Assembly: GCA_008632985.1 (NCBI GenBank) | Contig: QPGO01000344.1 | Coordinates: 1-50,499 of the forward strand | Length of the DNA: 50,499 nucleotides | From: Psammoneis japonica | Lineage: Eukaryota | Reading direction: 5' to 3' | Part shown: piece after piece, positions 1-9,800 of the stretch | Position numbering within the stretch: the first letter of the stretch is position 1 | Layout of the letters: each line of letters begins with the position of its first letter | Notes under the pieces: generated by a model | What the model saw: only the letters and a program-made list of their open reading frames with translations | What the model was told of the DNA's origin: nothing | Databases searched by the model: none | Translations under genes and position numbers: made by a program

Positions 1-871
1 CCATGATGGGTGCAGAACTGAGAGCACACATGATCATGTGTGATGAACTAAAATCTTGTTCAAATCCTCAGATCAACAGTCTTGCTCTTTATTGTCCATT
101 GAGCATTCATCATCATCATCGAGAAATTTTTCGACAACGCGCGCTGTTGGCGTTGGAAGCACACATCCACCTTTTTCACTGCTGGACACTGGATTGAATC
201 CATGCGTTTGGATTTATCCCATGCCTGCCATCGCTGGATGCATTCATTCAACGGACATTTGTTTGGTCAGGAATTCCCGAATTCTCAAACATCCGAGATT
301 CCGGATTCCTCACAGCGGATTCCACCCTGGTTGGCAGACAGACCAATCCATCCGCTTGCGTCCGTCCCGCGCATGCGACACAAACCCTTCACTCTGGCCC
401 TGCTCCATGCACGCCAAGTCCACCACCTTGTGTCTGCGCTGGATTGCTGGTCTTTTGCAGTCCTGCAAGGTCCATGAGGACAACTGTGAGAGAAAGCAGT
501 TCGTGATTGTAGCCTGCATTGGGGCGAGGGGGTGCATTTCCCATGTTTGTTCATCCCTCCACAGCACCAAATTTTGCCAGCCTGATCGGGTTGTCCAACC
601 CGTGTGAAACAAGAATGGTTCGGAGGTCGTGTCCACATCCACTTGGCTTGTCAGCATGGTTTTTTTAACCCATTGCTCCACTCTCAAGCAACCCAAAGCA
701 TCACTGGCTGTGGGTCCGGACGTGCCGGCACAACTCTGCGGACCAGATGGGAAGCTTGGCACCTGACTGTGAATGGGACATCACAGCCCGGCGGCTTCTG
801 ACTCTTGAGACAGTTCAAGACTTCAAGTCAAGATTCAAGTCAAGTTTCAAGTTGTTTCAAGCTCACCCTCC

Positions 872-1317
872 TGCAACACACAGCTGCTGACAAGAGTCAA
901 TGTATCACGGCGACGTGTCACAGCCTTTAAATGTCACAAAGGGCGTGACAAAAATGACCTTTTGTCTGCATGCACACTGCATTGTGAATTCATAGCGGGG
1001 TGGTTCATCGCAACCATTGGGCAGGAGGCCAGGGGTTCGAAACCCTGAGTGGGAGTTGTCTGCAGCAACGTTGATCACTGTCGAACGCGTAAAACTCTGT
1101 GCAGTTCTGCATGTTCCTTCGCACGTACCCACACTGTTCCGCCAACAACGTGCAGTGTCGCACACGTTAGCAAAGAGCCGCATGGACGCGTGACACATGG
1201 GGAGGAGTGCAACACACAGCCACTGACAAGAGCCAATGCATCACGGCGACGTGTTGCAGCCTTTAAATGTCACAAAGGGCGTGACAAAAATGACCTTTTG
1301 TCTGCATGCATGCTGCA
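872..1317 (+). mobile_element. TRIM (miniature non-autonomous LTR element): 110-bp LTRs 872-981 and 1208-1317, 4-bp TSD CTCC
   Basis: Two TG...CA direct repeats, with purine tract ATGGGGAGGAG before the second. CTCC lies on both sides. The sister copy at ~11140 (minus) has the empty site. Confidence 0.9.
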
Positions 1318-1357
1318 CTCCGACTCCAGCTGGTTCCGACATCCACCCAGTTGCAAC

Positions 1358-2420
1358 ATGGTTCTCACCATGCAACAACAAATCAATGGCCTCGAGCACA
1401 TTCTGGGCACTGTTCTGAATCAAGCCGCAGACAGTCCATTGCGCTCCACCCTCAACATTGATGGAACCGATTTGCATCAGGACCTTTTCACTTTTACTCC
1501 AATGCAATTGGGTGCCCTTGTGCACAACGACGGCACCAATCAAATGCCCTTGCCACGTGGTTGCAAAGCACAGACAGCTGCACTGATTAGCCCATGCACG
1601 GCAAAAGTGCGCGGCGGCGTGGATGTTGGCAATGACCCTCAATTGTTTGCACAAGAGGAACTCACCAACTGTTGTCTTGGTCCTGAGCATGTGGCACCCC
1701 TCTCCATGGGTGCAGCACCATCTGCTCCCACTCCTGGCTCATTGCCACCCAAACCACGTGATCCCATGCGTGACTTTAAATGAGGCATCAAACGTGACCT
1801 GCTTGCCTTCGCGCTTCTCAAGTCTGACAAACAGTGGCACATGTGGCACACCTCCATCATTGCACAGGCCCGCTCCCAGGACGTCGCACGCATTCTGGAT
1901 CCGACGCACAAGCCCTCTGCAGCTGAGAACAAGGCCCTGTTTGCTGAACAAAAGAAGCACATGTTCGAGGCATTCGAACAGATCTTGCAGAATGACAAAG
2001 GCAAGGCTCTTGTTCGTCAACATGTTGGCTCCTCTGATGCTCAAGCGGTGTGTCGTGACCTCTCCAAGCATGCCCTTGCTTCCACTCATGCATCCCTGGA
2101 GTCCTTGACCCTTCTCACATGCCTCACCACTGCTCGCCTCGGTGATGGCACCTGGAAAGGATCCACTCATGCCTTCATGCTCCACTGGCAGGACCAGCTC
2201 CGCAAGTGTGAAGCTCTCATCCCGGGCACGGACCATTTCTCTGCTGGCCAGAAACGTGTCATGCTTGAGAACGCCGTTCATCCTGTTGAAGAACTCCGTT
2301 CGGTGAAGAATCAGGCCAATCAGTTCTGCACGCAGAATGGAAAGGGGCTCTCTTGCAAAGAGTGCTGTGGACTCCTGCTTTCTGCTGCAGCACAGCACGA
2401 CAGCACGTTCACCCCCAAGA
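1358..2420 (+). pseudogene. gag: copia A gag, internal TGA at ~1781 (CGA in sister copy), truncated by an inversion junction
   Basis: ORFs 1049..1783 and 1841..2545 match the Gag ORF at 9776..11209 (-). Confidence 0.8.
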
Positions 2421-2429
2421 CTGTTAATC
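2419..2429 (-). promoter_or_regulatory. putative primer-binding site GATTAACAGTC (also 71-81 +, 6790-6800 +, 11925-11935 -)
   Basis: The motif directly abuts an LTR end in four copies (GATCAACAGTC at 71-81). Its complement GACTGTTAATC resembles a tRNA-Asn(GTT) anticodon arm. Confidence 0.6.
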
Positions 2430-2673
2430 TGACAGAAAATGAAGATGACTGGGTGGAAGAAAACAGCAACTCCTTGCTGCTGTCTAAATGGCAGATGAGT
2501 CTCCATGCAGAGACCATCACAGGAGCTGAAAGACTGGTGTCGTGACATTGGTGCTACTGTCATTGTTCTTGTGAGCCTGTGGCTCGAAAGCAAACTACAC
2601 AGCGCGATGCGCGCGGAACTGAGAGCACACACAATTGTGTGTGACAAACCAAACTCTTGTTCAAATCCTGTCA
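2430..2673 (-). repeat. copia A LTR (~244 bp, TGACAG...CTGTCA)
   Basis: Preceded on the minus strand by PPT TGGGGAG, with a 6-bp terminal inverted repeat. Homologous to 6544-6789 and 11936-12177. Confidence 0.9.
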
Positions 2674-5600
2674 CTCCCCAGTTTGCTTGAGGGGTCAACA
2701 GCAACAGATTCAAAGTCGGATTGGTTGAAAGCCTCGGGATCAAAGTTCCAAAACATTAGAGGACGAAGGAGGTTCCAGACTTGGGAGCAACCCCAATGCT
2801 TGGTGAGGATGTCGTCTGGGATGCGGGAGCCTTTGATGAAATGAAACTTGAGGAAACCGGAGGCAATCGCCTCACGTGCACGATGGAACAAGAGGGCGGT
2901 GTGTTGCTTGTGTAACTTGGAGTGTGGGATGGCAGCACTGTCTACAACCGTCTTGTTGTCCCCGAACATGCAACATGTTTCACGAATGGGAACGCCAAGG
3001 CAATGTAAAGTGATGCGCAGATCAACAATCTGCTCAATGCACGTCCTTGCGGCAACAAACTCGGATCCATGCGTGGCAGTCTTGACTGTTGCTTGTTTCT
3101 TAGAGAACCAATTAGCCGGAAACTCATTGAGGAAATGGAGGATGCCAGTGACAGAGCGTCCAGTGAGCATGCAATGGAACAAGTTTGCATCAACGCAGTG
3201 TGTGGTGTTGACGAACTTGCCAAGCGGCTCGGGTGCATCTTGCGGGAGCAGCTCTTCTACCTCCCCATGCACAGATTGAGCCCAGTCATGCACGGGCTTG
3301 GGGAGGTCTGAATTGTCAGGCTTCTCAGTGCGCACTTGGAGGGCACCATGACGCATCTTGGAGAGGAATCCGCAGATGCATTTGGCACGGTCTAGGTGGC
3401 CTTGACAGGGCACTGCATGGAAGCTAGACAGGGACATGACAGCCGCAGCAGTGTCAATGTGACCCAGAGATGTGGCCCATTGCAGGGATCCAATCAAGGA
3501 TTGGAATTGGTGGATGCCATCCGGTTTGAGTAATTCGGAGGTGTCAAGCTCAGGGTGGTCACCCTTGTCAAGGGGTGAAAGCACATCAGTGTGGGGCTTC
3601 TCCCCAAATGGGTGCACGCAGTTGTCAACCATGCGCTCAAAGCATTTGCGGGGAGCAAGGCACAGGGTGCCGTCTGGGTCACGGGTGAAGTTGCAGCCAA
3701 GATGGAACTCCAATGGTCCAGTGCCCTTGAGCTTGAACTTGCATTTCTCCATTGGGGTGTCTGCAAAAGCATGGGGGTCCTTCATGGTGAAGGCCAGGTC
3801 GTCCACATGCACTGCCACGTGTTTGCAGTGGTCACCATTCCTGCACAGCCAGATGTCGGGTTTGGCTTTGCATGGGAAGAAGCCTTTGGCACGCAAACAA
3901 TTGCCAAAGCGTTCATGCCGTCTGAGGCCAGAGCTGCGGAATCCGTACAAGGCTTTGTGGATGACAAGGATGTGTCCTTCCAGGTCACCGAACTTGGGGC
4001 CTGCTGTGATGTGCAGTTTCTCCTTGGTCACAGCTTCGAGGTGGGCATTCCCAATGTCAGTGGCCCAGGTCTCTAGCTCATTGAGTTCAGCCAGGAAGAT
4101 CATCATTCGCAGGCCACAGAGAGACACTGCTCCAGAATGGACACTGTCGACGGGCACGTCTGTGAGGTGTCCATTGGCAACAAGCCTTGCTTTTTGCCGT
4201 CCGTCATGTTTGATGTCGTGGACAAGATGCACCCGGATCTTGCTGTGTCCTGATGGAGCACTAGCATCCTTGTGGTGTCCGCAGTCGGGGAAGACCTTGC
4301 ACTCATCAAGCTGAGTCATCTCGAGGTCCGTTGGGTCTCCCCACTTGCAGTTGCTGCTGCGCTCATCAAGGGCCATGGCATGCTTGCAGTCCCGTGGCAC
4401 TTTATGCCCGCACTTGCATTGTGGCGCAGTGCGAAAGGAGCACAACTTGGCTTGGTTGGCCATGTGGAATGGCTTCTTCTGATGAAGGGCTATCTTGCAA
4501 GAACATCTCCATCCTTTGGTTTCTAGAAGGCCATGCTCACGCGCACAGACAGCACAGGTGACGGGGCCGTCCTTGGCAATGATGGCAAGGGGTTCGGACA
4601 TGATCTCCCCATTCTCCCATTCAAGCATGACGTTGTAGCTTGAGCCTTTCCAAGAGGGATCATGGGGTTGCAATGGTCCTTCATGCAATGCAATGCATTG
4701 GAACTTCCTGAGGGTGGTGTCCTTGTCTTCTTGCTCAATGTGGTGCATGATGTCATTGCAGGCCAGGACTTCCTCGCATTTGTCATTGTTGACAGAGCAA
4801 ATGAACTTGACCAGTTCAGGATTGTCTCCGATTTTCCAGTCATGGTCCTCAGCGGCTTTGATGATGCGGGCTCTCTGGCGTTGTCCATCCTCTTGTGGCT
4901 TCATGAGGAAGGTGCATCCGATGATGTCCTCGGGGTCAAAGACCTGCATTTTGGGCATCCTGATCGCCTCCCCATCTGGTGAATCTGGCAAATCCTTGGA
5001 GTCATGGCGGGACTTGATGACAGGTTCAGCAGATTTCTCATCAGGAGAATCAAAACGCAGGTTTGGAGCAGACGGATTATGGGCGGAGCACATGTTGGAA
5101 TGGCAGAGAATCTTCTGAGTGTCATCAGAAAGAATCTTAAACGTCATTTGGTGACCAACGTGTTCAGCGATGCCAATGAAGTGACCACGCAGTTCACGGG
5201 ATTCGGACGGCCAGTCGGAATCATCCAGGTGGCAGCACATGGGTTCCCACCATTGAAAGCGGAGGAGCGGGCTGATGTCGGGAGTGGAGCCGGGTGGCAC
5301 CTTGGTGGGGGTGTGCCAGTGGAGCTTGGTGGACACCGTGTGGTTGAGCACAAAGCACATGTGCATCAGGGCGAGCAGCCAGGTGTAAGCCAGAGACCCG
5401 GGGCGATCCATGACAGTGTTGGCCATGGTCTTCACAGTTTGGCAGCGGCGTTCAGCAAAATTCTGATGCTGTTGGTGAGGCTCGCTTTGCCAACTAGAGA
5501 TGAAGAGGGCAAGAAGGATGCCAAGAACCTTGTTGCTGATCTCAAGCTGAGCACAGTCGCTGATGAGCTTGGACAGGGCACCACGGTTGCGAATGTTGTT
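2661..5600 (-). pseudogene. pol: copia A pol: integrase core/C-terminus, reverse transcriptase, RNase H (open frame, inactivated motifs)
   Basis: 991-aa ORF in INT-RT-RH order with motifs SEPHQQHQNFAERR, KARLVANGH, TDIGNAHLEA, KALYG, HVDD (for YVDD), DANLFHC..TGRS and SEFVAAR. Confidence 0.92.
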
Positions 5601-6090
5601 GGTGACAGAGCGTCCAGTGAGCATGCAATGGAACAAGTTTGCATCAACGTAGTGATGGTGACGAACTTGCCAAGCGGCTTGGGTGCATCTTGCGGGAGCA
5701 GCTCTTCTACCTCCCCATGCACAGATTGGGCCCAGTCATGCACGGGCTTGGGGAGGTCTGAATTGTCAGGCTCCTCGGTGCACACTCGGAGGGTGCCATG
5801 ACGCATCTTAGAGAGGAATCCGCAGATGCATTTGGCACAGTCTAGGTGGCCTTGGCGGGGTGCTGCACGGAAGCTGGACAGGGACATGACAGCCACAGCA
5901 ATGTCAATGCAACCTAGAGACACGGCCCATGGCAGGGATCCAATCAAGGATTGGAATTGGTGGATGCCGTCCGGTTTGAGTAATTTGGAGTTATCGAGCT
6001 CAGGGTGGTCACCCTTGTCAAGGGGTGAAAGCACATCAGTGCAGGGCTTCTCCCCAAGTGGGTGCGCGCAGTTGTCAACCATGTGCTCAA
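5601..6090 (-). pseudogene. pol: second copy of copia A RT C-terminus/RNase H fragment
   Basis: Diverged duplicate of ~3147-3640. Confidence 0.85.
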
Positions 6091-6556
6091 TGAGTTTCCG
6101 GCTGATTGGTTCTCTAAGAAACAAGCAACAGTCGAGACTTCTGCGCATGGATCCGAGTTTGTTGCCGCAAGGATGTGCATTGAGCAGATCATTGATCTGC
6201 GCATCACTTTACGTTGCCTTGGCATTCCCATTCGTGAAACATGTCACATGTTCAGGGACAACAAGTCGGTTGTAGACAGTGCTGCCATCCCACACTCCAA
6301 GTTACAAAAGCGACACACTGCCCTCTCGTTCCATTGTGTGCGTGAAGCAATTGCCTCCGGTTTCCTCGAGTTTCATTTCATCGAAGGCTCCCGCAACCTG
6401 GCTGACATCCTCAGCAAGCATTGGGGTCACTCCCAAGTCTGGAACCTCCTTCATCCTCTAATGTTTTGGAACTTCAATCCCAAGGCTTTCAACCAATCTG
6501 ACTTCAAATCCATTGCTGTTGACCCCTCAAGCAAACTGGGGAGTGACAGGATTTGA
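6086..6556 (+). pseudogene. pol: copia A RNase H C-terminus, inverted relative to flanks
   Basis: KKQATVETSAHGSEFVAAR...NLADILSKHW, followed by PPT and LTR. Confidence 0.88.
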
Positions 6557-6789
6557 ACAAGATTTTAGTTTGTCACACACAATTGTGTGTGCTCTTAGTT
6601 CCGCACGCATCACGCGATGTAGTTTGCTTTGGAGCCACAGGCTCACAAGAACAACAACAGTGTGGCACCCATGTCACAACACCAGTCTTTCAGCTCCTGA
6701 AACAGCCTCTGCATGGAGACTCATCTGCCATTTAGACAGCAGCAAGGAGTTGTTGTTTTCTTCCACCCAGTCATCTTCATTTTATGTCA
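6544..6789 (+). repeat. copia A LTR flanked by PPT (5') and PBS (3')
   Basis: CTGGGGAG|TGACAGGATTTG...ATGTCA|GATTAACAGTC. Confidence 0.9.
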
Positions 6790-6869
6790 GATTAACAGTC
6801 TTGAACTGTCTTGCGAGTCAGAAGCCGCCAGGCTGTGACATCCCATTCGTAGATGGCACGGCGCAGAGC

Positions 6870-9800
6870 GCGAGGAGCGTGCGGAACTAAGAGCACACAT
6901 GACCATGTGTGACAAACTAAAATCTTGTTCAAATCCTGTCACTCCCCAGTTTGCTTGAGGGGTCAACAGCAACAGATTCAAAGTCGGATTGGTTGAAAGC
7001 CTTGGGATCGAAGTTCCATCGGTGACAAGCCTTGCTTTGTGCCATCCATCATGTTTGACGTCATAGACGAGATGCACCCGGATCTTCCTGTGTCCTGATG
7101 GAGCACTGGAATCCTTGTGGTGTCCGCAGTCATGGAAGACCTCGTGCTCATCAAGCTGAGTCATCTTGAGGCCTGTTGCTTCTCCCCACTTGCGGTTGCC
7201 ATTGCGCTCATCAAGGGCCATGGCATGCTTGCAGTCCCGTGGCACTTCACACCTGCACTTGTGTCGTGGGGCAGTGCAAAAGGAGCATAACTTGGCTTGG
7301 TTGGCCATGCGGAATGGCTTCTTCTGATGAAGGGCCATCTTGCAAAAATGTCTCCATCCTTTGGTTTCTAGAAGGCCATGCTCATGCGCGTAGATGGCAC
7401 AGGTGATGGGGTCATCCTTGGCAATGATGGCAAGGGGTTTGGACATGATCTCCCCATTCTTTCATTCAAGCATGACGTTGTAGCTTGAGCCTTTCCAAGA
7501 GGGATCATGGGGTTGCAATGGTCCTTCATGTGATGCGATGCATTGGAACTTCCAGAGGGTGGTGTCCTCGTCTTCTTGCTCAATGTGGCGCATGATGTCA
7601 TTGCAGGCTGGGACTTCCTCACATTTGTCATTGTTGACGGAGCAAATGAACTTGACCAGTTCAGGATTGTCTCCAATTTTCCAGTCATGGTCCTCAACGG
7701 CTTTGACGATGCGGGCTCTGTGGCATTGTCCGTCCTCTTGTGGCTTCATGAGGAAGGTGCATCTGATGACATCCTCGGGGTCAAAGACTGGCATTTTGGG
7801 CATCCTGATTGCCTCCCCATCTGGTGGATCTGGTGAATCCTTGGAGTCGTGGCGGGATTTAATGACAGGTTCAGCAGATTTCTCATCAGGAGGATCAAGA
7901 TGCAGGTTTGGAGCAGACGGATTACGGGCGGAGCGCACATTGGAATGGCAGAGAATCTTCTGAGTGTCGTCAGAAAGAATCTTAAACGTCATTTGGTGAC
8001 CAACGTGTTCAGCGATGCCAACAAAGTGACCACACAGTTCATGGAATTCGGACGGCCAGTCGGAATCATCCAGGTGGCAGTGCACGGGTTCCCACCATTG
8101 AAAGCGGAGGAGCGGGCTGATGTCAGGAGTGGAGCCAGATGGCACCTCAGTGGGGGTGCGCCAGTGGAGCTTGGTGGATGCTGTGTGGTTGAGCACAAAG
8201 CACACACACATCAGGGCAAGCAGCCACCAGGTGCAAGCCAGAGACCCGAAGCGATCCATGACAGTGTTGGCCATGGTCTTCACAGTTTGGCAGCGGCGTT
8301 CAGCAAAATTCTGATGCTGTTGGTGAAGCTTGCTTTGCCAACTAGAGATGAAGAGGGCACAAAGGATGCCAAGAACCTTGTTGCTGATCTCAAGCTGAGC
8401 ACGGTTGCTGATGAGCTTGGACGGGGCACCACGACTACAAATGTTGTCTTCGAGGTTGTTGACAAATTCTTTGGCAGTTTTGGTGCCATGCACGTCAGTG
8501 ACAAGAGATTCTGTGCCGACAAAGAGCTGGGCGCTGGTGCAACCAGAGTCAACAGCAGGGTGTCGGAGTGGACTGTGTCGGCAGCAACAGGTTCATTACG
8601 TTGGTGGACATTGAGAGCCGGGTTGGGTGATTTGCACACCTTTTTCAGGTGCATGCTGGCTGGCATGTGGGTGCACTGCGTTGTGCAATCAAAAGTGCGG
8701 CAAACGGTGTCCTTTGGGAGAAAGCCAAAGTGAGGGTGGAGGGACTCAAAGTCGGGATCCTTAGAATTGAGTTCGCACTCATGGCACTCGTAGAAGAAAT
8801 CAGATGTCGGGAGCAGGTGATCATCAAGGACGGAGTCTGTGAGCATGGCGTTGTTGACGACATGGCAGTGACAACAGCCACCAAACTCATCAAAGAGGTT
8901 GGCAGTTGGGTCGTCTTGGAGGTCAGACATGGCATCACACCACGTCTCATCATCCGTGAACTGGTGGTCAAGGACAGATGGGTCCCATGTGTCATCACCA
9001 GTGAGAATGACATGTGGCAGAGTGTCCCATTTGGCATGGGTGCACGGGCATGTGGCGATGCATGGGAGGCCGGCTTTAATGTCAATGGGAATGACGCATC
9101 CATCAATGGTGGTGACATGCTGCAGACTGTTGGGGACCTTGATGGACCGATCATTGACATCGTGTTTGCACCACTCAAGCTGGCTGCAAGAGTGCATCAT
9201 TTTCCCCTTTCCAGCGCAGGTGCACTGGTGAAGGATGGCAATGGCAGGGCCGCGTTGCATGTGAATGACACCACCGGCAGTGACAACAGGAGTGTCGACC
9301 AGTTGATGATCATCGATGCCTTGGACATCAACCGGGTGAGCAGTGCGGGCAATGACACAAACCTCATCACCGGCGATGCCACCGTTTGCACCACGATCCA
9401 CGAGAGCACTTTTGCGAGTTGACTTGTGGGTCGAGGCAGAGTAGACAACATTGTGGTTGTTGACACAATGACATTTATGGCCGTTGATCTCAATGTCAGT
9501 GTCATTGGGCTTCACGTCGGAGTGGACGGAGGGTGCAGATCCGGGCGGTTTCTTGCCAGAACGGGTGGAAGGAGGCCATTCAGGTGCCAGGAGATGTTGC
9601 AAGTTGCCGGGTGGCAGAGGCTTGCGCCTGGTGAGATGAGCCAGAATGGGGTTAGCATCAGCTGCATCCGCTGCAGCGTTGGATGGTGCAAAGGCTGATG
9701 CAAGATTGTGAGTGTTGGCGGACAAGTTGACATCGCCATCGCTGCCAATGCGGAGGTCGTGCAGGTTGACCACTGTCAAGTCGTGGCAGTTGCCAGTGTG

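Larger units (their letters stand above)
1..2420 (+). mobile_element. Ty1/copia family A, 5' portion (inverted LTR remnant, PBS, 5'UTR, gag)
   Basis: Near-identical to the reverse complement of ~10050-12010. Gag motifs WHTSIIAQARSQDV, FMLHWQDQLRK and KRVMLENAV resemble diatom copia Gag. Confidence 0.85.

Noticed and set aside
815..862. TTCAAG short repeats as CRISPR or satellite
   Set aside because: Low-complexity copia 5'UTR motif, also at ~11150-11197 and ~26658-26712, with no spacers or cas genes.
986..1055. Functional tRNA gene
   Set aside because: No paired acceptor stem or clean anticodon arm. Reported only as tRNA-like.
2661..5636. Alternative genetic code (TGY/CAY read as Tyr)
   Set aside because: Sister copies keep TAY at the same positions, and converted sites become Cys or His inconsistently between copies.
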